Assembly (NCBI GenBank): GCA_049323115.1
Contig: JBMOMP010000031.1
Coordinates: forward strand, 36,018 to 100,017
Length of the DNA: 64,000 nucleotides
Direction: 5' to 3'
Source: Chloroflexota bacterium
Lineage (GTDB): Bacteria; Chloroflexota; Anaerolineae; Anaerolineales; Villigracilaceae
Part shown: one piece after another, positions 54,219 to 64,000 of the stretch
Layout of the letters: each line of letters opens with the position of its first letter
Position numbering within the stretch: the first letter of the stretch is position 1
Notes under the pieces: generated by a model
Database searches by the model: none
Told to the model about the DNA's origin: nothing
What the model saw: the letters and a program-made list of their open reading frames with translations, nothing else
Made by a program: the position numbers and the translations under genes

Positions 54219-56139
54219 TGGTTAATTCAATCGTAGCTTCTGTCGCATCAAGGGTTATTCCAAGCTCGCGAATTGCTGTTTGCAAAATACCTTCCATGGT
54301 CGTTGAAGTCCAAATTTTGTTGCTAATGTCTGCAATCGTTTTCTCTCGGTTGGCGATGTTTTGTGTTTCCTCGAGCAAGCGTGCATTCTCTAGTGCCAAA
54401 GCCGTTTGTGTGGCAATTGCTTGCATCCAGGTTTGTTCTTCTGGGGTAACGTTTTCTCCCCTTTCAAGCCGGATTTTTCCGATAACCTGGTCGCGCAAGG
54501 CTATTGGAATTTCAACAGCATGTTCGTTGTCCGTTTCCGTGTCATCGCCAATTGATAGTGTCGTTTCTCCTCGAGGCAGGTTGGATTCCCCCCATGCTTG
54601 GCGGAGATATTGCCGCTGGATGTTGCGTAGTTCTTGCAAGTTTCGTTGGGTTTCTTGGAAAAGGTGGGCATTTTCGAGTGCAATGGCGACTTGATTGGTC
54701 ATATTTTGGAGAGTTTCGATGTCCTGCTGGCTAAAAGCTGCTTCTTGTGTTGATTGCACATCTAGCGCCCCAAGGATCCTGTCGCCTATGATCAGTGGTA
54801 AGGCTGTTTCGGAACGAGTATAAGGCAACAGGGGGTGCTCGAACCGTGCATTATCTTTGTCTGTATCCAATGCTACTTGCGCTTCTCTTCTTTTGATAGC
54901 GCGCCCGATTATCGTTTGCTCGTTGATTTCCAAGCGATGTTTGCTGTTTTTCATAACTTGGCCAGCTTCGCCGGTGGCTTCTACGAGTTCTGCCCAGCGG
55001 TTGCTTGAATCAACCAGATAAATGGCGGTGTAATAATGTCCAAATTGCTCTCGAATTAGGCTGACTATACTGCTCATCAATTTATCTGGGTCGAGGATGG
55101 ATGTGGCTACCCGCCCGACCTCGTTAATTGCTCTAAGTTGAGCAGTTCTGTCTTCTACTTGCCTTTCCAGGGTTTCTTGCAGTTCATCTAGCCGGGAAAT
55201 CATGCGGTTAAAGTAAATGGTTACTTGTGCAATTTCGTCAGATGCGCTAATCCGAGCCCGTTGCTTCAGGTTGCCTTGTTCGACCTTCTTGAAAACGCTT
55301 ATCATTTCGTTCAGGGGACGGGTGAGGGAGATCGAAAACAGAGAGACGAGCCCAAGTCCAAGGAAGATCGCAAAAGCGCTTACAAGGATGGACTGTACCT
55401 GTAATTCGGATAAAACCTGGGTGGAGCCAATTTCCTCGTAAAGTACTCTGAAAGTTTGGTGGTATCCAATTGGCGCAACGAGCAAAATGCTGAGGACGAT
55501 CATGGCGGGTACCACTATGTAAATTCGCCCCAAGAGGGTAAACCCGCTTGCGCCTGCCAGTTGCGTATCAAAATCTTTTGGCAGAAGGGCATGGCGGACA
55601 GAGACGAGAAGTCGATCAAGAATACTTACATCGAGCGTGACAATGGATAAGGTAATGATCGTTATGCTAATTACGATGTAAACTAGTTGGTCATACGTGG
55701 CGTGGAGGTAAAAATACGAGTAAGACAAAAGTGATATACCCACTACAATAAAATTAATGCAAGATGCTATGATTGCATATTTCCAAGTCCAGGTGCCGGC
55801 TTGTTGCCATGCTGTTAGTTCATCTACAGATCCAGGAATTAGCGAGCTCCCCTTTTTATATCGTTGCAGGCCGCGGAAAGCCTTTTTATTAAGAAAGTAT
55901 GAAGAAAACCATACAATGGCATTCCCAAGCAAGGCTAAGAATCCGGCTAATCTTGTAAGTTGGTCAAACTCTGCAGGTGAAAACTCGGCGTTGATTTGAG
56001 CAATGATGATAACCGGAATAGCGACAAAATTTGATCCCATCTGTGCCACAAAACTTGACAGCACGAGGTAGTACCCGCCCGACCATTTTAGAACCTGGCT
56101 CAGAAATCTTTGAATAGAACTTTCGCTTTGCGATTCCAT
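54211..56139 (-). CDS. Receptor-like protein P5: polytopic N-terminus / HAMP / GAF / half-GAF module / conserved tail
   Basis: HAMP: LTRPLNEMISVFKKVEQGNLK...SDEIAQVTIYFNRMISRL. S-helix: LERQVEDRTAQL, then the GAF core. Tail: REKTIADISNKIWTSTTMEGILQTAIRELGITL. Start chosen at ATG 56139, with AAGGA upstream. The ORF track extends to a TTG at 56199, and another ATG lies at 56187. Confidence 0.75.
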   Translation of the reverse strand: MESQSESSIQRFLSQVLKWSGGYYLVLSSFVAQMGSNFVAIPVIIIAQINAEFSPAEFDQLTRLAGFLALLGNAIVWFSSYFLNKKAFRGLQRYKKGSSLIPGSVDELTAWQQAGTWTWKYAIIASCINFIVVGISLLSYSYFYLHATYDQLVYIVISITIITLSIVTLDVSILDRLLVSVRHALLPKDFDTQLAGASGFTLLGRIYIVVPAMIVLSILLVAPIGYHQTFRVLYEEIGSTQVLSELQVQSILVSAFAIFLGLGLVSLFSISLTRPLNEMISVFKKVEQGNLKQRARISASDEIAQVTIYFNRMISRLDELQETLERQVEDRTAQLRAINEVGRVATSILDPDKLMSSIVSLIREQFGHYYTAIYLVDSSNRWAELVEATGEAGQVMKNSKHRLEINEQTIIGRAIKRREAQVALDTDKDNARFEHPLLPYTRSETALPLIIGDRILGALDVQSTQEAAFSQQDIETLQNMTNQVAIALENAHLFQETQRNLQELRNIQRQYLRQAWGESNLPRGETTLSIGDDTETDNEHAVEIPIALRDQVIGKIRLERGENVTPEEQTWMQAIATQTALALENARLLEETQNIANREKTIADISNKIWTSTTMEGILQTAIRELGITLDATEATIELTND

Positions 56140-56158
56140 AAAAGTGTTTCCTTGGCCG

Positions 56159-58300
56159 TTATGAGGCGGTTTCGTTGCCGTCGTCATTTTTAATGCCAAT
56201 TGTAATTTGCGCTTTGCGCGCGCTCGTTACTCGACTTAATTCACCAACGGTGGTCATCAAGATTGTTTGCATATCTGTGGACTGGCGGATTTTGCTTGTG
56301 ATTTCATATAAAAGCCGCTCACGTTCGGCTTGCCTTCGTATTTGCTCCAAGAGCCGAGCATTGGCAATAATGGCTGCCAAGCTGCCCGCCAGTGTTCCGA
56401 GCATTTCTTCGTCGTTATCTGTATAGGCTGCAATCTGTTCGCTTTCAACATTTAATACACCCAATAGTTCATTTCGAAAGATGAGAGGGATTGTCATCTC
56501 AGATCGGGTGTTGGGGCTTAATTGGATATAGCGAGTATCTTCGGCAATGTCATCGATGCGCAACGATTTCCGATGCGCAGCCACCCAACCGGTAATACCC
56601 GTTCCAATTGGAATAATGCGATTTACCACGTCCTCTGAATAACCGACCCATGCTTTAGGGATCAAATTCTTTCGCTCAAGGTCAGTCAACATGATTAAGA
56701 CCCGGTCTCCGCCCAGGCTGACTTGCAACCCTTTGACAGCGCTTTCCAACGCCTCGTCCAAGGTCGTGCCCGACGCAGCAGAGGTCGTGATGTGATGTAA
56801 CAATCGGTGTTGGGATAAGTGTTCTTGCGTTTCAGCAAAAAGTTCCGAATTGTTAACGGCAATAGCCAACTGGTCGGCGAGAATTTGCAAAGTATCCAAG
56901 TCGGACGGCCCGAACGAGAATGGAACTACGCTTTGTACATCCAAGACGCCCAGAGTGTGGTCGCCAATTTTCAGCGGAATAGCGGCTTCGGCGCGCGTAT
57001 CAGGCAACAGGGGGTTAGGTAGATGCGTGGCATCTTTAGCAGTATCGTTGACAACCAGAGGGTCGCCTTGTCCTGCCACGAAGCCAACAATTGATTTTGA
57101 GCCTATAGCCAGTTTATGTCCGCTGCGTTTCATCTGGGCGCCGGCCTCTCCTGTTGCTTCGCGGATGATTACATTCTTGCCCGTGTTGTCAACCAAGAAA
57201 ATGGCTGCGTGATAGAAATTCAGTCGTTCGCGGATAAGATTGACTGCTTTCAGGAGTAGTTCGTCTAAATTCAAGGCGCTGCTGATGTCGCGGGCAATCT
57301 GTGCTGCTGTCTGGATTTGAAACACCTGGCGGTGGCTTTCATCTAGGAGCATCTTGCTGTGAAGGATGCCGGCAACTTGTTGAGCAAGCATGTACAGGGT
57401 TTGAATGTCTTTTTGGCGAAACATTCCATCCCGTTCCAAGTCTTGTACGATGAATGCACCAATTACCTGGTTGGCAATCATCAGCGGAACCCCCATCCAT
57501 GATCTGGCTGGCTTGCCAATCACTTTTGCGCCTAGAGACTCGGCCTGTCTTTCAACATCTTCATTAAGCAACAGCGGCTGTTTGGTGTGAATTAGTATAG
57601 TAATCAGGCCTTCACCGAGAGGAAATGTTTCGATTGAACTGATTTTGCCGTCTTCATAGGAGTAAGGAATTCGAATAGATGCGGTTTTTTCATCATACAG
57701 TGCAGCAATAAACGCATAATCACCGATTAGACGGCTTACTTGTTCGTGGATTGCACCGAAAACGCCTGCAATGTTGTCGGAGACACTTGCCTGGCTTATT
57801 GCTGTCAAGGCTTCTAATTGCGCGACATGTAAATTAGTTTGCTGTGTGGCTTCTGTTTGGTCGATTATTATTGTGGCAAGATTCACTATATTGATGCAGG
57901 GTTGAATATCTTCTGTTGTAAGTGTCTGGCTTTCCTTGGCCCCTACGAGAACGAGTCCGAGCATCTCACCTTTCCCCGGAAAAGCGACCAGGGCAACTTT
58001 TTTTACTTGAAAGTGGGCAATGAACTGAAAAATGCCTGATAGGCCTACACTGTCATCTGGAAGTGTGTGAAATTTGATATCTCCCCTAAGATGCTTTTCT
58101 AGCAGACTGATGTTGACTGGAATTTTTTGGGGGAGTTCTTCTTCTGTTGTATGTTCGATATTTGAAACCGAAATTAACTCAAGAGCCTCGTTACCTATTT
58201 CGAACACAGCGGTAAAATAGCATAACCCCTCTAGCGCCTTTGCAAGGTGTTTCAGCGTTCGAGACAATACATCTGGATTCACGGTTAACTGAGCTCCCAT
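56159..58300 (-). CDS. Receptor-like protein P6: soluble, about 4 tandem GAF domains plus the same conserved tail
   Basis: There are no TM segments. The third GAF shares the family core (LNFYHAAIFL...TRAEAAIPL...GVLDVQS). Tail: RERLLYEITSKIRQSTDMQTILMTTVGELSRVT. Confidence 0.8.
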   Translation of the reverse strand: MGAQLTVNPDVLSRTLKHLAKALEGLCYFTAVFEIGNEALELISVSNIEHTTEEELPQKIPVNISLLEKHLRGDIKFHTLPDDSVGLSGIFQFIAHFQVKKVALVAFPGKGEMLGLVLVGAKESQTLTTEDIQPCINIVNLATIIIDQTEATQQTNLHVAQLEALTAISQASVSDNIAGVFGAIHEQVSRLIGDYAFIAALYDEKTASIRIPYSYEDGKISSIETFPLGEGLITILIHTKQPLLLNEDVERQAESLGAKVIGKPARSWMGVPLMIANQVIGAFIVQDLERDGMFRQKDIQTLYMLAQQVAGILHSKMLLDESHRQVFQIQTAAQIARDISSALNLDELLLKAVNLIRERLNFYHAAIFLVDNTGKNVIIREATGEAGAQMKRSGHKLAIGSKSIVGFVAGQGDPLVVNDTAKDATHLPNPLLPDTRAEAAIPLKIGDHTLGVLDVQSVVPFSFGPSDLDTLQILADQLAIAVNNSELFAETQEHLSQHRLLHHITTSAASGTTLDEALESAVKGLQVSLGGDRVLIMLTDLERKNLIPKAWVGYSEDVVNRIIPIGTGITGWVAAHRKSLRIDDIAEDTRYIQLSPNTRSEMTIPLIFRNELLGVLNVESEQIAAYTDNDEEMLGTLAGSLAAIIANARLLEQIRRQAERERLLYEITSKIRQSTDMQTILMTTVGELSRVTSARKAQITIGIKNDDGNETAS

Positions 58301-58734
58301 ACCGGTTCGCCATTGAGAATTCGCCGGATTTGTTCAGGAAAACGATCTGGATCTAGAGGCTTTCCAAGAAAGCCATCGAAGCCCGAGTCGCGAGCCTTAC
58401 TAAGCTGTTCTTCGCTGGCTTCCGCGGTGACGGCTACTATTGGGATAGATTTTAGATGCTCGGATGCGCGAATTTTTTTAAGTGCCCCGTATCCATCTTC
58501 ATATGGCAGGCGGATATCCATCAGGATGAGGTCAAGGCGGGGAAGAGTGTCTGCATATTCCACTACCTCGTATCCCGACGTCTTCCATTCGCAGTGGATA
58601 CCCATATAGCCGAGCATACGGGCAATAAGGACAAAGTTGGATACATTGTCCTCAACCACCAGAACTGTCAGGTCCTTTGGAATGGCAACCCTTTTGGACA
58701 GGGTATCAGAGGTCTTTACGTCTGGATCTGCCAT
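58285..58734 (-). CDS. Single-domain CheY-like response regulator (REC-2)
   Basis: LVVEDNVSNF...LILMDIRLPYEDG...IPIVAVTA...GFDGFLGKP. It overlaps the P6 start by 16 nt. Confidence 0.85.
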   Translation of the reverse strand: MADPDVKTSDTLSKRVAIPKDLTVLVVEDNVSNFVLIARMLGYMGIHCEWKTSGYEVVEYADTLPRLDLILMDIRLPYEDGYGALKKIRASEHLKSIPIVAVTAEASEEQLSKARDSGFDGFLGKPLDPDRFPEQIRRILNGEPVWELS

Positions 58735-58735
58735 T

Positions 58736-59110
58736 TCAGCTCCTCAAAAAATGTTCGATGTGTTCCGTGAGCAGGTCAATGTCAATAGGCTTTTGTATAT
58801 ACCCATCGCATCCCGCTTCAAACGATTTTTCCCGGTCGCCGCGCATCACATTGGCTGTGATTGCAATGATGGGAATTTTGCTGAGACCCGGTATTTTCCT
58901 TATTTCGGTGGTTAAGGTGTAACCGTCTTTGTCTGGCATGTTGATGTCCATCAGGATCAAATGAGGCTTTGTGGTTTCCAATATTTTCAGCGCTTGCATA
59001 GCGTTTGCGGCCTCTAACATATTATATCCTTCGGCTGCCAGTACGCGCCGTACGAGTGTCCGGTTGTCGCTGTTGTCTTCAACGTAAAGGATTGTGATGT
59101 TTTTTGTCAT
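58736..59110 (-). CDS. Single-domain CheY-like response regulator (REC-1; first gene of the operon)
   Basis: The internal ATG at 59110 is preceded by GGAGG. It reads MTKNITILYVEDNSDN...LILMDINMPDKDG...IPIIAITANV...GCDGYIQKP. The ORF-track start at 59188 lies inside the tRNA terminator hairpin. Confidence 0.85.
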   Translation of the reverse strand: MTKNITILYVEDNSDNRTLVRRVLAAEGYNMLEAANAMQALKILETTKPHLILMDINMPDKDGYTLTTEIRKIPGLSKIPIIAITANVMRGDREKSFEAGCDGYIQKPIDIDLLTEHIEHFLRS

Positions 59111-59174
59111 CTGCCGAGCCTCCGCTTCGAATTTTACTTGCAGGTATCTTTTGGTTTCATAACAGCAACCTTGC

Positions 59175-59210
59175 AAAAACAAAAGCACGGCTTCTCAAGA
59201 AACCGTGCCT
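59175..59210 (-). terminator. Rho-independent terminator downstream of tRNA-Gly
   Basis: The minus strand reads AGGCACGG-TTTCTTGAGAAG-CCGTGCT followed by TTTTGTTTTT. Confidence 0.6.
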
Positions 59211-59214
59211 GATA

Positions 59215-59287
59215 AGCGGGTGATGGGATTCGAACCCACGAAATGGTAGCTTGGGAAGCTACTGCCTTACCGCTTGGCGACACCCGC
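59215..59287 (-). tRNA. tRNA-Gly (anticodon CCC)
   Basis: Reverse complement: GCGGGTG TC GCCAAGCGGTAAGGC A GTAGC TTCCCAA GCTAC CATTTC GTGGG TTCGAAT CCCAT CACCCGC T. It folds as a cloverleaf with G1:C72, C2:G71, G3:C70 and U73 (Gly identity elements). The anticodon loop is TT-CCC-AA. No CCA is encoded, and the variable loop appears to be 6 nt. Confidence 0.85.
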
Positions 59288-59416
59288 ACAAACAACCTTT
59301 TTTGTCTTTTGCCCTATTTGGAACGACCTTTTATCACTATAAATTCTGCTCTGGAGAAACCAAGCCAGTGTCCCTAAGTATGCCTGTAAACTGTATTCCC
59401 GTCAAGGCCACGTATT

Positions 59417-59558
59417 CTGGTGATTGCCCACAAGTCGTAAACTGGCAGGATTCTGGGCATTTTATTGGCTTGGGCTCGTTTTTTGCTCCCCAATGTGTCG
59501 TTGTCAAGGGCTTTTGCTACCCAAATATGGGGGTACAAAAGATGTGGGCAATCACCAG
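59417..59558. repeat. 16-bp perfect inverted repeats separated by 110 nt (MITE-like element or long-range RNA stem)
   Basis: CTGGTGATTGCCCACA (59417-59432) and TGTGGGCAATCACCAG (59543-59558) are exact reverse complements. They lie in the tRNA-rpoB intergenic region. Confidence 0.6.
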
Positions 59559-59568
59559 AAAATTGCGC

Positions 59569-59598
59569 TTGACCAATTCCTATTCCCTGGTTTATAAT
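59569..59598 (+). promoter_or_regulatory. sigma70-type promoter upstream of rpoB
   Basis: TTGACC (59569-59574), an 18-nt spacer, then TATAAT (59593-59598). Confidence 0.5.
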
Positions 59599-59607
59599 TA
59601 CCAATTG

Positions 59608-59633
59608 CTATCCTGCTATGAATAGCAGGATAG
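59608..59633 (+). other. 5'-leader hairpin immediately downstream of the rpoB promoter
   Basis: An 11-bp perfect stem, CTATCCTGCTA (59608-59618) with TAGCAGGATAG (59623-59633), and loop TGAA. Confidence 0.55.
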
Positions 59634-59689
59634 ATTCGTGTGTCTTAAGGCGGTTAAATCCGTGTTCAGCCCAATCTATGGAGAGACGA

Positions 59690-63586
<3,897 letters not shown>

Positions 63587-63625
63587 CCCCTAATCGGAGC
63601 GCCCGAGCAAGTGGCTGTACGGCAG

Positions 63626-63653
63626 GGCAGGGAGAGCGATCTTCCTGCCTTTT
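63626..63653 (+). terminator. Rho-independent terminator after rpoB
   Basis: GGCAGGGA-GAGCGATC-TTCCTGCC is an 8-bp stem with one G-U pair, followed by TTTTGCGTT. It starts 40 nt after the rpoB stop. Confidence 0.5.
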
Positions 63654-63726
63654 GCGTTCCCTGACTTGCTGGTAGCCCGGAAAGCGTATAACACCAGCAA
63701 GGCCCTCCATCCAGCCCAGAAAATAT

Positions 63727-64000
63727 TCACCTTCCACCAGCCAAACGAACCTGCTACGAGAGGCGCTGTGCAAAATCCTGCTCCAGTGCCTGCTGCCCAT
63801 GTTGGATAGTCTTTTCATCCCTCCCAGTAATTTGCGACATCAACTGTATGCCACCATGTCCTATCTGGCTGGCTTCTGTTGCAACATACCAGCGACGTTG
63901 TTGTTCATCCAGCCGGTTGAGCAGCAAGTTCATCTGCTGATGCAGTTTCTTATCCAGGTGTTCCCCAGCACTCTGGCAGTTTGCGATGGTCAGGGGACCA
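63727..64000 (-). pseudogene. Degraded N-terminal fragment of an ISAzo13-like (DDE) transposase; continues beyond the window end
   Basis: Minus-strand frame: ...LLNRLDEQQRRWYVATEASQIGHGGIQLMSQITGRDEKTIQHGQQALEQDFAQRLS*QVRLAGGR*. From memory this resembles the HTH N-terminus of ISAzo13-family transposases. In-frame TAG (63754-63756) and TGA (63727-63729) interrupt it. No DDE domain can follow, because rpoB ends at 63586. Confidence 0.35.

Noticed and set aside
46077-58300. GAF domains as possible bilin-binding cyanobacteriochrome or phytochrome photosensors
   Set aside because: None of the GAF cores shows the conserved Cys-His chromophore-attachment motif. The conserved core (TRSE.ALPL..G..IGVLDVQS) is the common non-chromophore type.
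59111-59188. Upstream extension of the first CheY-like gene (MLLFLQGCCYETKRYLQ...)
   Set aside because: The start would lie inside the tRNA terminator hairpin. The internal ATG at 59110 has a GGAGG ribosome-binding site and gives the canonical receiver N-terminus.
59215-59287. Possible tRNA-Gln, because the D-arm (GCCAAGCGGTAAGGC) resembles E. coli tRNA-Gln
   Set aside because: The 7-nt anticodon loop TTCCCAA gives anticodon CCC. The acceptor stem G1:C72, C2:G71, G3:C70 and the U73 discriminator are glycine identity elements.
59251-59625. 124-aa plus-strand ORF in the tRNA-rpoB intergenic region
   Set aside because: It overlaps the tRNA gene, the inverted-repeat unit and the rpoB promoter. 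It has no ribosome-binding site and no recognisable protein features.

Overview
This is a 64-kb chromosomal segment from a moderately high-GC bacterium. Gene content and protein style suggest a Chloroflexota/Anaerolineae-like organism, but that is a guess and cannot be verified here.

Positions 1-33.4 kb hold ordinary housekeeping and transport genes. These include miaA (partial), a TetR-controlled ABC-2/HlyD efflux operon with two ATPase genes, a LysM-M23 peptidase, MFS and MATE transporters, an SRAP peptidase, a FabL-like reductase, thrC and a GT2 glycosyltransferase. The same stretch carries a CarH-like MerR/B12 regulator placed divergently from a UvrD/AddB-like helicase, a NarL-type two-component pair, a Tat-signal flavodoxin, hflX and trmFO.

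Positions 33.4-59.2 kb form a visibly AT-richer signalling island with two parts.
- A plus-strand trio: a multi-GAF histidine kinase, a REC-GAF histidine kinase and an OmpR-type regulator.
- A convergent ~20.7-kb, 12-gene minus-strand operon. It encodes two CheY-like receivers and six paralogous receptor-like proteins. Their sensor domains vary (soluble GAFs, polytopic membrane, sCache, dCache, 4HB), and three or four carry a HAMP domain. All six share the same GAF/half-GAF core and a conserved C-terminal tail, and none has an output domain. Downstream come an orphan ParA-like ATPase, a ~1390-aa hybrid histidine kinase, a threonine-synthase-like enzyme fused to a receiver, and an EamA exporter.

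This operon is the best candidate for an undescribed system: a chemosensory-array-like module without CheA, CheW or a methyl-accepting domain.

The right edge carries tRNA-Gly(CCC), a long structured intergenic region, and rpoB with its own promoter and terminator. A degraded ISAzo13-like transposase fragment sits where rpoC would be expected.

Smaller oddities:
- heptamer arrays that place stop codons in all six frames at two gene ends
- an in-frame palindromic insert in an ABC ATPase
- several strong hairpins

No CRISPR array, rRNA or intact mobile element was seen.
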